This document shows positions 54,655 to 64,000 of a DNA stretch of 64,000 nucleotides, piece by piece. The DNA lies in the IMG/VR virus record IMGVR_UViG_3300012016_000699, positions 1-64,000 of that record, one strand, 5' to 3'. The notes beneath the pieces were generated by a model. That model did not search any database. It saw nothing but the letters and a program-made list of their open reading frames with translations, and had not been told where the DNA came from. Source of the DNA: a virus. Its lineage: Duplodnaviria; Caudoviricetes. A program made the position numbers and the translations under genes. Positions within the stretch are counted from its first letter, which is position 1. The number at the start of each line of letters is the position of its first letter.

Positions 54655-55989
54655 CTAGTCCTTCTTGCCGCTAACCTCCTTGTTCTTACGCTTGGCGTAG
54701 GCCTCCTTGGTCTCGCGGATCTTGCGCTGGGTCTTGGTCTCGTTCTCAGGGACGTCAGCGTTACGGTCCTTGTGGGCCACGAACTGACGGTTCTTCGGGC
54801 TGAAGGTGGACTTCATGCCGCAGACCTTGTCGAGCCACTCCTTGCCGCCGGCCTTGCCGACAACTTCGAGGATGGCCTTCTCGTCCTCAGTCTTCTGTTC
54901 GCCCTTCAGCGCCTCGATCTGGCCGTTAGCCTCGTCGAGCTTGGCCTGCATGTCGGCAATCTGGGTGTCCTTGTCGTTGACCTTGTTCTTCAGCTCGTCG
55001 AGCTGGGTCTGCAGGTCCTCAATCTGGGCCTTGAGCTGGTCCTCCTCGGTAGGTGTACCGCCCTCGCCGCCTCCGTCACCCTCGGTGCCTTCCTCAGCGG
55101 GCTTGTTGATCTCAGTGATGACCCCGTCGGCGACAACGACGACAGTGCCATCCTCCATAGTGTAGGTGCCGTCGGGATAGGCCACGTCGCCTACCTGTGG
55201 GTCACCTTCCTCACGTTCTACGGTGAAGCTCTCGCCCGAAGCGCTGGTGATGTACTGGTCGAGAACCTTCAGGTCCTTCAGCTCATCCAGCGTCTTCACA
55301 CCGTACAATGCACAGATCCGCGCTGCGGTCTTAGCATCAATCGTTACATTCTCTGGCATACTCTTTGATGATTTAAAATTTGATTTATGTGACTTGGTGT
55401 CAGTCATCTCGGGAAGGATACTGCCGATGAAGCCGAGCTCCAGGGCCTTATCCATGTTGATGTAGATATCCTGCTCCATCAGCTTCTTCAGCTCCTTCAG
55501 GTCAGCCCCCGTACGCTCGACATAGAGGTTGAGGATCTTGGCCGTCTCGTTGTCAAGCTGCGTTGCAAGCGTCTTGAGCATGTCGCTCTGGTTACGGAGC
55601 TCCCCGCTGGTCAGGCGACTGCAGCAGAACAGGTCGTCCGGGTACTGAGCCAGGGCCGGGTTGTGGATACACAGGCTGGCGTTGCGGTAGGCAAAGCGAC
55701 GCTCCTTTGGAGCGGCCAGCAGGATAATGGTAGCAATCGAGGAGCACTTGCCCTCGATGGTCGCGCTGATGGTCTTGCCAGCAGCCTGTCGGAGTGCGTC
55801 GTAGATGGACCACCCCTCGACGACGTTGCCGCCGTCGCAATGCAGACGGATGTCGATGACGCTGTCATCCTCCGGCATGGCAGCAAGGGCCTCGCGCACA
55901 TCCTTGTACGTGATGCCGTCCAGGCCTTCCCACTGGAGCCACAGCTTGTCCTCTTCGTCTACGATGTCATGGAATATATTCAGTATCAT
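54655..55989 (-). CDS. ClpP-type prohead protease with scaffold-like C-terminus
   Basis: IRLHCDGGNVVEGWSIYDAL...EGKCSSIAT...IHNP...ALELGFI; likely start MILNIF. Confidence 0.85.
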   Translation of the reverse strand: MILNIFHDIVDEEDKLWLQWEGLDGITYKDVREALAAMPEDDSVIDIRLHCDGGNVVEGWSIYDALRQAAGKTISATIEGKCSSIATIILLAAPKERRFAYRNASLCIHNPALAQYPDDLFCCSRLTSGELRNQSDMLKTLATQLDNETAKILNLYVERTGADLKELKKLMEQDIYINMDKALELGFIGSILPEMTDTKSHKSNFKSSKSMPENVTIDAKTAARICALYGVKTLDELKDLKVLDQYITSASGESFTVEREEGDPQVGDVAYPDGTYTMEDGTVVVVADGVITEINKPAEEGTEGDGGGEGGTPTEEDQLKAQIEDLQTQLDELKNKVNDKDTQIADMQAKLDEANGQIEALKGEQKTEDEKAILEVVGKAGGKEWLDKVCGMKSTFSPKNRQFVAHKDRNADVPENETKTQRKIRETKEAYAKRKNKEVSGKKD

Positions 55990-56004
55990 ATGCGTATGAT
56001 TTTC

Positions 56005-56045
56005 CCGCAAAATTAGGACAATAGGATAAGGGGTGAAAAAAACTT
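56005..56045 (-). promoter_or_regulatory. Putative promoter of the head operon
   Basis: TAATTTTG (TAnnTTTG) at 56008-56015 on minus strand. Confidence 0.5.
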
Positions 56046-56080
56046 CCGAATATTCCGCTGAACGATTCGCGCAGTGTTTC

Positions 56081-56112
56081 CTTGCACCTTTCCTTTTTTC
56101 TTCGTATCTTTG
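56081..56112 (+). promoter_or_regulatory. Promoter of the EEP gene
   Basis: CTTG-N20-TATCTTTG. Confidence 0.7.
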
Positions 56113-56143
56113 CACCGTTTTTCAACTGAACTTTGCGGTTTTT

Positions 56144-56812
56144 ATGAAGATTATCTCCTACAACATCCACCACTGCACACAGGAGAAGGTGGACAACATC
56201 ATCAGACGCGGGGCGGACGTGTGCATCCTTCCCGAGATGTCAGATCCGGCAACGATGGCCATTCCAGCCGGATTCAATGCGTTCTGGACGGGCGACATCA
56301 GCTGGAAAGGGCTCGGCGTCATCGTCCGTCCCGGCATACAGGCAAGGGTTCCGGATTGGTTTAACCCATCCAGCAAGTACTTCATCCCCCTCATCGTCAA
56401 AGGCATGCTGATAATTGCAGCCTGGCCGACGCGCAGGGAGTCCAATGAGCCGAAGGGCTACCCTCAGATAGCGCTGGAAGGCATCAGGGAGTATGCCGTG
56501 CACTTTGACGCATTTCCGACACTCATCAGCGGAGACCTCAACCTCTACATGGGGCAGCAGGACGAGACGGAGGAATACTCCCTCCTGTCCTTCGCATCCC
56601 TCCTCAGACGCTACGGCATGGTAAGCGCCTACCATCACTTCACCCATGAGCTGTTCGGCGAGGAGTCGGTGGCAACCTATTACCACAGGTTCGACGAAAG
56701 CCAGCCGTTTTTCCTTGACTACACGTTCACGAACATTCCTGTGAAGAGGTACAGGCTCGTGAAGTGGAACGCCGGCTTCAGCGACCATGTGGCACAGTTC
56801 ATAGACATCTGA
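56144..56812 (+). CDS. Endonuclease/exonuclease/phosphatase (EEP) family protein
   Basis: MKIISYNI, DVCILPE, ISGDLN, FLDYTF, FSDH. Confidence 0.85.
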   Translation: MKIISYNIHHCTQEKVDNIIRRGADVCILPEMSDPATMAIPAGFNAFWTGDISWKGLGVIVRPGIQARVPDWFNPSSKYFIPLIVKGMLIIAAWPTRRESNEPKGYPQIALEGIREYAVHFDAFPTLISGDLNLYMGQQDETEEYSLLSFASLLRRYGMVSAYHHFTHELFGEESVATYYHRFDESQPFFLDYTFTNIPVKRYRLVKWNAGFSDHVAQFIDI

Positions 56813-56817
56813 AACTG

Positions 56818-56862
56818 AAAAAGGGAAGGCCGGCACCGTCATGGATACCAGCCTTCCCCTTT
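56818..56862. terminator. Probable bidirectional terminator
   Basis: AAAAAGGGAAGGC...GCCTTCCCCTTT between convergent genes. Confidence 0.7.
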
Positions 56863-56891
56863 CCAGGATGTGCGGGAGGATTACCCCTCTC

Positions 56892-57122
56892 TTATCTTAC
56901 TATCTGCGCGAGGCGTCCCATCACACGGTAATAGTGACGCTCTGTGAAGCCGTATTTTTCAGCCATCAGTGCAGCGACGAATGAAGTCTTCTCCCCTTCG
57001 TCAAGCAGCTTCCTTGCCTCGTCGTACATGCCAAGGAGCTCCACGTCTTCCGGCAATATGTGGTTCTTCGTGATTGCGCTCACCACGGCGCTGTTCTTTC
57101 TGAGAAAATCCGCGATATTCAT
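56892..57122 (-). CDS. Small HTH (Mor-like) protein
   Basis: 76 aa; MAEKYGFTERHYYRVM. Confidence 0.55.
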   Translation of the reverse strand: MNIADFLRKNSAVVSAITKNHILPEDVELLGMYDEARKLLDEGEKTSFVAALMAEKYGFTERHYYRVMGRLAQIVR

Positions 57123-57127
57123 AGCTT

Positions 57128-60100
57128 TTAAATTGAGTCGATGTTCTCTATTACCTCTACCCTTCTTTGTCCGTCGTTGATGTCCTCCACCGATACCACG
57201 GGTGCCGGCATGTTCTCTATGGTGTCAGCCATCTGCTCGACCATTCCGCTCTCAGCGGCGATGCCGTCACTGATCTGGCGGGAGTTCACAGGTGCACCAC
57301 CGCCTATCTCTGAGAAGGAGGACGTGACAGGGGTAAAATCCAAGGGCTGCTGGACGGTGCCAGCGGCAAGTCCGAAGAGTTCCTTTTGGTCTGCCTTGGT
57401 GAAGTTCCCGCTCTTGCCAGTCAGGTCCTGGTGGAGGCGTTTCTGCTCGTCCTCATTGAGCACCATCTCGCCCTTGTTGACCCTTATGAGCACCTTGTCG
57501 TCGTTGTTCTTCGGGTCATCGTCCTCGACGATACCTCCGTGTGCGAACTTCGCGCTGTTGACAGTGCTGACGGCCGTAGCGACGTTGGCAAGCACGGTGG
57601 CAACCGTCTGGGCGATGGCGAGGAGGTTGGACGGGTAAGGCATCTTTGCTGCCGACGCGATACCGCTGGAGAGCGCCTTACCTGTATCAATGGCAATCTG
57701 TGCAAGGGTCACGACCTTCGACAGCTTGGCCATGGCCTCGTTGTTCTTTCCGATGGCATCCATGAGCTTGATGAGACCGCCGGTAACCTGCGATGCGGCA
57801 CTGAGCCTTGCGTTCTCTACCTCGGCCTCATATTCCTGGACGGCCTTCTCCTTCTCGGCAAGCTGCTGCTTGGCCTCGATAAGCTCCTCGTTGTACTCCT
57901 CGGTAGTCTGGTTCTCCTGCTCCCCGCGCTCCATAAGCATGTCAAGGTACTCCTGCGCCTGTTCCCTCTGGAGGTCGAGCATCTCACGCTGTTCCTCATA
58001 GGTGCGGTCGTCCTTGAGCATCAGCTCGTCGATCTGGTTCTGGTAGACGAGCTTCATCTTCTCGATCTGCTCATTGTCGAACTCATCCTGCGCCTCTGCC
58101 ATCTTCATGCGCTGCTCTTCGTCAGCCTGCTCACGCTGCTGGCTGTAGGAGTCAAGGATCCCCTGCTCGGTCTCCATTCGTGCCTCGATGGCGGATATCT
58201 CCTCTTCGGAGCGTCCCTCCTCCACGGCACGGGACATCTCCTTCGAAAGCTCCAGCACGTGGTTCTGCTGCTCCTGGATCTTCTCGTCGAGGATGCTGCG
58301 GCGGTTGTCATACTCCACCGTCAGCTGCTCCTGTACGAGGGCGAGACGTTCCTCTGAGCCCTTCTTGGTAAGCTCTATCTCCTTCGAAAGCTCCTGTGAG
58401 CGTGCCTCGGCAAGTGCCCTCACGCGCCCGTCATCGAACTCCTGGAGCTTGCGCTGCTTGTCCCTCTCAAGGTTTATGATCTGCTCGTTGAGGCTCTTCT
58501 TGGCATCCTCGGTGAGCTTCGCCTCGGTGGCAAGCTTCGTCTTCAGCGCTGCTATCTGGTTATCGTACTCGACATTGATGGCAGCCCTCTGGCGTGCGAG
58601 GTTACTGGTGATGATGGCCAGCATCTGCTTTTCACCGTCGGCGAGGATCTTCGCCATCTGCGCCTGGTGGCGCGCCTCCTCCTTCTCCTCGCGCTCACGC
58701 TCCTTGGCGGCCTTCTTCGCAGCGTCGGAGTCCTTCTTCTCGTCGGCGTCGGACTTGACTGGCGTAGGCTTGGTACCGCCGGACGGCTTGTTCACGTCCG
58801 GGATATCGGGGTTGTCGACGGTCACGGGGATGACGATGGGCGGCACGTCGGCCGACTTCACTGTGTTCTTGATGCCGTCAATGGCGGACATCACGGTGTC
58901 GGAGATGGCTCCACCGATGCCCTTGGCCACGTCTGCTACGGCCTGTGCCACGCCCTTGCCTGCCTCTATGGCACCCTCCTTGATGAGGCTCCAGTCGGCA
59001 TTGAGCACGCCCTGTATGACCTTGCCCAGACCCATGAGGGTGTTGATGAGCTCCTTGAGGACGCTGAACACGGCCTTGAAGACGTTGGAGATGATGCCCC
59101 ACCCTGCCTTCACTACGGTGATGATACCCTGTATCGGGGCACGGACAGCCCACGAGCGGTTATAGAGGTCTATGAACTTGTTCGTCAGCTCCACGACCCA
59201 CTTCAGCAGACTGATGAGCCCCTCGGTGATGTAGGTCTTGGCCTGCACAGTGATGGCCTCGAAGCCCTTGTCGGTGACGTCGAACATAGCGGACACGACG
59301 TTGTTCAGCTCCTTCTGCGTCTCCATCTGCTTGCGGGTTGCCTCGCCGTACTCGCCCGTGACCTTCTTCACCTCCTCGATGTCCTTGGTCATCGTGTCGA
59401 GCTGCTCAATCAACTGGAGGCCTGCGGATGCGCCCTGTCTGCCGAACACGTCCTTGAGGACGTTGCCAACCTCCTGCGAGTCCTGCGGGAGCTCACGGAG
59501 CTTCGCCGACACTTCCTGTATGACGTCGAAGGTGGACTTCGCACCGCTGGAGAGGTCTTCCTCCACCTGCTTGGCACTGATGCCGATACCGTTAAGCGCT
59601 GACTCCGTGCCAGTGGCCATCTCGCGGATCTTCTTCGAGGCCATTGCTATGAGGTCCATGCCTCCCTCAGAGAATATGCCGGATCGGGTCTGTGCCATGA
59701 TGGCCATCATCTCGTCGGCTGCGATGCCTGCGTCATGGAACTGCGGGGCAAGGTCCTTTATCTTGCTGAGCATATTGCCCCCCTCGTCGGCTCCGGCCTG
59801 GAAACCGTCTTGTATGACGGTCATGGCCTGCTCTGCCGTCAGGCCGTACTGAGACATCAGGGCATCAGTGGTCTCCAGCACCTCCTTGTAGTCCTTGCCA
59901 TAGACATCGGCCGTAGCCTGTATCTCATTGCGGACGGCTTTGAGGCTGTTGCCGGAAAGCCCAAGGAACTCCTTCGTCAGCCTCGTGGCCTCAGCCAGCC
60001 CCTGGTTGTAGTCAAACCACCACTTGAAAACCGTACCCGCACCTGCTATGCCTGCGAGGGCGAGAAACACTGGATTGGCAAGGAAGCCTGCCAGCGTCTT

Positions 60101-60685
60101 CAGGAAAGCAGCCGCAGACGTCTTGGCACTGTCAAACATCCCGGACAGGCCGGAACCGCTCTTGGTCATGTTGAGCAGCGAGGAGGCAAAGCTGTTGTTC
60201 AGCCCGAAGGCGTTCTTGATGGCCTCCTCGTAGTTGCCGACGTTGCGGGAGAATACGCCTATGGCCTCCTCCGCCTGCTTGATGTCATCGTTGGTCTCCT
60301 TGATGAGTTTCTGCAGGGCCACTCCCTGCGCACTCTCACGCTCAGCCTTGCTGAGGGCGTAGTACTCAGCCTTCTGCCTGGCCAGTGCAGCACGGAGGGC
60401 ATCCACGCTGTCGACCTGCGACTTCTCGAACTTGATGTTGTCCTGGATCTCCTTGGAGAGGTTGCGCACCTCCGTCTGGTACTCCTTCGTGGCTTCACGG
60501 ATGGCGGCGAGCTCCCTGTGGTACTCGGAACGGGACACCTTGCCCGCATTGAGCTCCATCTTCAGCTCCTTCTCGCGTTCCTTCAGGCCCTCGATCTTCT
60601 TCTGGTAGTCCGCGATGCCCTTGATGGCGTTGTTGTAGTCCACGCGGATGCTGAGGATCTTCTCTACTGCTTCCTTGTTGTTCAT
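57128..60685 (-). CDS. Tape measure protein
   Basis: 1185 aa Ala/Lys/Glu-rich helical; RNVGNYE; C-terminal PVVSVEDINDGQRRV. Confidence 0.88.
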   Translation of the reverse strand: MNNKEAVEKILSIRVDYNNAIKGIADYQKKIEGLKEREKELKMELNAGKVSRSEYHRELAAIREATKEYQTEVRNLSKEIQDNIKFEKSQVDSVDALRAALARQKAEYYALSKAERESAQGVALQKLIKETNDDIKQAEEAIGVFSRNVGNYEEAIKNAFGLNNSFASSLLNMTKSGSGLSGMFDSAKTSAAAFLKTLAGFLANPVFLALAGIAGAGTVFKWWFDYNQGLAEATRLTKEFLGLSGNSLKAVRNEIQATADVYGKDYKEVLETTDALMSQYGLTAEQAMTVIQDGFQAGADEGGNMLSKIKDLAPQFHDAGIAADEMMAIMAQTRSGIFSEGGMDLIAMASKKIREMATGTESALNGIGISAKQVEEDLSSGAKSTFDVIQEVSAKLRELPQDSQEVGNVLKDVFGRQGASAGLQLIEQLDTMTKDIEEVKKVTGEYGEATRKQMETQKELNNVVSAMFDVTDKGFEAITVQAKTYITEGLISLLKWVVELTNKFIDLYNRSWAVRAPIQGIITVVKAGWGIISNVFKAVFSVLKELINTLMGLGKVIQGVLNADWSLIKEGAIEAGKGVAQAVADVAKGIGGAISDTVMSAIDGIKNTVKSADVPPIVIPVTVDNPDIPDVNKPSGGTKPTPVKSDADEKKDSDAAKKAAKEREREEKEEARHQAQMAKILADGEKQMLAIITSNLARQRAAINVEYDNQIAALKTKLATEAKLTEDAKKSLNEQIINLERDKQRKLQEFDDGRVRALAEARSQELSKEIELTKKGSEERLALVQEQLTVEYDNRRSILDEKIQEQQNHVLELSKEMSRAVEEGRSEEEISAIEARMETEQGILDSYSQQREQADEEQRMKMAEAQDEFDNEQIEKMKLVYQNQIDELMLKDDRTYEEQREMLDLQREQAQEYLDMLMERGEQENQTTEEYNEELIEAKQQLAEKEKAVQEYEAEVENARLSAASQVTGGLIKLMDAIGKNNEAMAKLSKVVTLAQIAIDTGKALSSGIASAAKMPYPSNLLAIAQTVATVLANVATAVSTVNSAKFAHGGIVEDDDPKNNDDKVLIRVNKGEMVLNEDEQKRLHQDLTGKSGNFTKADQKELFGLAAGTVQQPLDFTPVTSSFSEIGGGAPVNSRQISDGIAAESGMVEQMADTIENMPAPVVSVEDINDGQRRVEVIENIDSI

Positions 60686-60689
60686 AATG

Positions 60690-62993
60690 TCAGTTGTTTA
60701 AAAGTGAGTTGGGTATTCGCACGAGCTCGACGGTACATTCGCCTTCGCTCTTGCGCTTGATTGAGATGACTCCAAAATAGCTGGAATACTGTCTGAGGAA
60801 TACGGGGACGGTGAAGTTGAGGTCACGGAGCGTCACCTCGTCGATGTCCATCGTCACCTTGATGATGTACGGCGTCTTCAGGATCTCCTCGAAGACCCTG
60901 TACCGCTGGCGGACTATGCTGTCGGGGTCTGCGAAGGACAGCCCCTCGAAGGACAGCTTGTCGAGATTCTTGGTGAACAGGTTCTCCGTGGTCAGCGGCA
61001 TCGACCAGTAGCTGCTCTTCACCCTGCGCCCTATATGGGGCTTGGCTTCCTTGAACACGAATCCCGCCACGTCCTCCACACAGTTCCTGTAGATGTTGAG
61101 AATCTGAAACCGTATCAGCATCCAGCCTGTCGGCAGGGAGTACGATGTCTGAACCGTGCCGTTCTCGAAGACCGGAACCAGTGCCCTGCCGTCATCCATC
61201 TGGCCATGGGAGGCGAAAGGCAGCGTGAAGAGATCGTCCTCATCGTTAAGGCTCTCGTCGGCCACGTCGAAGTAGCCGGAATATTTCGGGTTGTCCTCAT
61301 CATCGTCCTTGTAGCGCATCCAGTTGCGCCTGTTGAAGTTAGACACTGAAAGCGATATCGACTTCGGCAGCACGGGGTTTCCGGTAACGAAGTCCGACCA
61401 GTCAGGGGCATATGGCATGTTGTCTATGAGCTTCCCGTACCTTGCGAAGCACAGCTCGCCGTCCTTCATGTAGGGGAACATGCCTGTCAGTCTCAGCACG
61501 CCCTTGATGAAATCCATCGGCTTCATGTCCGGCATGTTCGGCTCCAAGTATAATTCGTGGCCGACAAGCTTCTCGTTACTGTAGGGCTCGATGTACGACC
61601 CTTCCGTGAACACAGGCGTCACCGTCGCGTAGTTGTCGTAGGCCTGCGGATAAGTCCCTGTCCTCATGGAGGTCAGCGTGGCCTTCTCGATGTCGAAGGC
61701 AGGCTTGTAGTAGAAGAACGCCCGTGACACGCCCTTTAGCATGAAGCGGCGGATCCTGCGCAGTGACTTGAGTGCATCGACGCTTTTGATGCCCGTGATA
61801 TCCCCAATCTCCAGACCGTCATTGCTCTCAGACTCCTCTTCATCGTTCTCGAAGCGTACCTCGAAGTACGTCACGGAATGGGTGGCGTCGACAGGTCTGC
61901 GCCACTCCCCAGAGACGAAGGTTGGCTTCAGCGAGAGCACGGAGGTGACGTCTTCGGTGCCTGTGCCGTTCATCAGCTCCAGCGTCAGGTTCTGCAGCAG
62001 GAATGCCTCCATCCACTCGGTTGTCCTCACCCTCGTGTTGAGCTCTACGTCTTCCTCGCAAACGAACAGGCGGATGTGTGGCTTGACCTTGTATTTCATC
62101 AGCTCATGCTTTCCTATCCAGCCGCAGAAGTACTGCGAGTAGTCACCGTCGTAGGCTCCCGTAACCCTTGGATTGAAGAACGGGGATGAGTAGACGGGTG
62201 AGAAGGAGTTCAGGGTCCTCATGCCAGAGCCGAGGATCCTCACATGCCCGTCATCGGCACAGGTGGCGCCGAAGTCCTCACGGAATACCGAGTAGTACTG
62301 TCCTTTCTCGGTGTCATTCAGCGTCGTCATCGGACAGTAGAGGCTGTTGAGAAGGTCATCATCATCCTCCGTGGCGATCATCGTGTTGAGGCTGTGCGGA
62401 ATTCCATAGTGGTCGAGCAGCCTGGCGATGATCCACGTCACCTTGAACGACGGCAGCGTTCCGATGTATCGGACGGGCGGTACGCCGTTGTAGTAGTCCA
62501 GCGCGAGGACGTTGTCATGCAGGTTGGGGTCGATAATGGAGTTGTAGTAATCCTCATAGGGCACGGTGTGCATGACCTCGTTGCCATTCAGGTCGGTACT
62601 GAGGACCTCCGGTATCTTCCGCTCCTCCTCGCTCATCTCCTTGAAGCCGGTGACCGCGTTCCATGTCAGCGTTATCTTGTAGTTCTCGCCGTCAGTTCCC
62701 ATGAGATAGGCGTTGGCGTCACCAAGCAGGTCCACGCCGTTGCAGTAGTAGCGGGCACTCATGCGCTTGCCGACGACGGCCCTGGTGTCCTCCGCCTCAG
62801 CCTTCTCCATCGTCTCCATGCTTGCGAAGATACGTCTGTTGTGCTGCGTCATCGGCAGCTTCACTGTATAGCTGTGGGAGGCGACATACTTGCTGATGTC
62901 GCTGAAGATGACACTCTTCCATTCCAGCGTGATGTTCGTATCTCCGATATTCACGCGGCTCCCGTTGATGAATAACTCCTCGTACTGTTTCAT
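60690..62993 (-). CDS. Minor tail/baseplate protein
   Basis: About 767 aa; SHSYTVKLPMT.HN, NMPDMKPMDFIKG; likely start MKQYEE. Confidence 0.7.
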   Translation of the reverse strand: MKQYEELFINGSRVNIGDTNITLEWKSVIFSDISKYVASHSYTVKLPMTQHNRRIFASMETMEKAEAEDTRAVVGKRMSARYYCNGVDLLGDANAYLMGTDGENYKITLTWNAVTGFKEMSEEERKIPEVLSTDLNGNEVMHTVPYEDYYNSIIDPNLHDNVLALDYYNGVPPVRYIGTLPSFKVTWIIARLLDHYGIPHSLNTMIATEDDDDLLNSLYCPMTTLNDTEKGQYYSVFREDFGATCADDGHVRILGSGMRTLNSFSPVYSSPFFNPRVTGAYDGDYSQYFCGWIGKHELMKYKVKPHIRLFVCEEDVELNTRVRTTEWMEAFLLQNLTLELMNGTGTEDVTSVLSLKPTFVSGEWRRPVDATHSVTYFEVRFENDEEESESNDGLEIGDITGIKSVDALKSLRRIRRFMLKGVSRAFFYYKPAFDIEKATLTSMRTGTYPQAYDNYATVTPVFTEGSYIEPYSNEKLVGHELYLEPNMPDMKPMDFIKGVLRLTGMFPYMKDGELCFARYGKLIDNMPYAPDWSDFVTGNPVLPKSISLSVSNFNRRNWMRYKDDDEDNPKYSGYFDVADESLNDEDDLFTLPFASHGQMDDGRALVPVFENGTVQTSYSLPTGWMLIRFQILNIYRNCVEDVAGFVFKEAKPHIGRRVKSSYWSMPLTTENLFTKNLDKLSFEGLSFADPDSIVRQRYRVFEEILKTPYIIKVTMDIDEVTLRDLNFTVPVFLRQYSSYFGVISIKRKSEGECTVELVRIPNSLLNN

Positions 62994-62995
62994 GA

Positions 62996-63178
62996 CTATT
63001 GTATTTTTATGACGTGGGAAATGATGATGCAGGCTACGATGCCGACAAGACACACCCCGCTGACAATCAGCATGAGGATGTAGTCGTACTCCATTGCCTC
63101 ATCTGCCGTGGCTTTGCCGCTGTTCACCTTCCTTGCCAGCATCATGAGCCGGCAGAACGATTTCCTGAAATCTGTCAT
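62996..63178 (-). CDS. Small membrane protein
   Basis: 60 aa with C-terminal TM segment. Confidence 0.45.
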   Translation of the reverse strand: MTDFRKSFCRLMMLARKVNSGKATADEAMEYDYILMLIVSGVCLVGIVACIIISHVIKIQ

Positions 63179-64000
63179 AGCGACTGTGCGTTTACGTTAG
63201 GCAGCTCTATCTCGAACTTGAAGTCCTGCAGCACGTCCATGGACCGCTTGATGGTACCCTTGGCGATACGCACGGGCTCCCAGCCCACGATGGTGCTCGG
63301 GTGGTAGAGGTCAATGACAGGCGATGTGAGGATACCCTCGAGCATCGTGTACTCCTCCTCCGTCACGTTCGGTGCGCACAGCTCCTGTGACACTTCCCCG
63401 AAGAAATACTGCTGGCGCTTGATGTTGCGGAAGCTGTTTCCCTGCCTGTCGGCATAGTTCATCGTCATCTCAGCTCCTCCCTTATTGTTGCGGACTTCAC
63501 GGACGCCCTTGTCAAACAGCCAGTACTGCAGCAGTCCGTGGCGGTCTATCCAGCGGAGGAAGAGGCCGTCCCTGCTCTCGTCGTGTATGAAGGAGATATT
63601 GGCGATGGCACCTGCGCGGAAGGTGAAGTCGAAGGTATAGTCGAAGGGAGAGACGGTCATGTACTGGTCGTTGCGGATATCCAGATCCTGTATCATGCCG
63701 CCTGTGAAGACGCTGACGCGCTGCGGCCAGTTGTCGAACCAGCGCACCGTCCTCTTGCCGTTGAAGGTCTCCCCTGGGGCGATGTTGCCCCAGATGGCCA
63801 CCGTCTGGAATCCGAAGACGACACTGCCGTCGACGATGAGCTGGGCGTTCACGTCCACGCTACGCTTCTCGGTGATGCTGTAGGAGTCGAAGAAGAGCTG
63901 GAGGATCCTTGCGATGTTCGCTGTCACCATCCCGCCATAGGCGGCATACGTCAAGGTGTACGAGGTGACGTCCATATCCACTGCAGCGGAGATCCTTATA
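63175..64000 (-). CDS. Tail protein (possibly 5'-truncated by the window edge)
   Basis: FLRWIDRHGLLQYWLF...LTSPVIDLY; typical Bacteroidetes phage tail gene. Confidence 0.6.
   Translation of the reverse strand, partial: IRISAAVDMDVTSYTLTYAAYGGMVTANIARILQLFFDSYSITEKRSVDVNAQLIVDGSVVFGFQTVAIWGNIAPGETFNGKRTVRWFDNWPQRVSVFTGGMIQDLDIRNDQYMTVSPFDYTFDFTFRAGAIANISFIHDESRDGLFLRWIDRHGLLQYWLFDKGVREVRNNKGGAEMTMNYADRQGNSFRNIKRQQYFFGEVSQELCAPNVTEEEYTMLEGILTSPVIDLYHPSTIVGWEPVRIAKGTIKRSMDVLQDFKFEIELPNVNAQSL

Larger units (their letters stand above)
1..64000 (-). mobile_element. Tailed bacteriophage/prophage segment, probable Bacteroidales host
   Basis: Portal, Clp protease, capsid, tape measure, tail, holin/endolysin and DGR genes, nearly all co-oriented; Bacteroidetes TAnnTTTG promoters. 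Confidence 0.93.

Noticed and set aside
48398-60760. Long plus-strand ORFs (48398-50347, 53567-54607, 57386-58357, 58188-59165, 58667-59602, 59735-60760; similarly 22061-23062 and 26063-26887)
   Set aside because: Antisense shadows of GC3-rich minus-strand genes with no recognisable motifs
1-64000. tRNA/rRNA genes, terminase, integrase
   Set aside because: None recognised; they may lie outside the window, and a tRNA scan was not run

Overview
The window is a 64-kb piece of a tailed dsDNA phage or prophage whose host is very likely Bacteroidales (Prevotella-like): it has TAnnTTTG -7 promoters and Bacteroidetes-type portal, capsid and holin genes. Almost every gene is on the minus strand. In the direction of transcription (right to left) the order is: tail genes and tape measure (64000-57128); one divergent EEP-nuclease moron; Clp-type head protease, major capsid, a structural gene, portal and adaptor (55989-50331); a 1525-aa tail protein with an inserted PAP2 acid-phosphatase module; small tail proteins; a 2195-aa receptor-binding protein that is the target of a diversity-generating retroelement (116-bp VR/TR pair with 14 mismatches, all at TR adenines; the RT carries a fused C-terminal domain and no avd gene is visible); a lysis module (holin, GH19 endolysin, spanin-like gene); and about 25 kb of small early/accessory genes. 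The lysis module is interrupted by a separately promoted mtnN(pfs)-luxS-metK operon, a phage-borne SAM-synthesis, SAH-detoxification and AI-2 pathway. The early region is split into five terminator-plus-promoter cassettes sharing a repeated operator-like motif with 47/57-bp phasing. No terminase, integrase, tRNA, rRNA or CRISPR array was recognised. Family assignments come from motif recognition only; no database searches were run.
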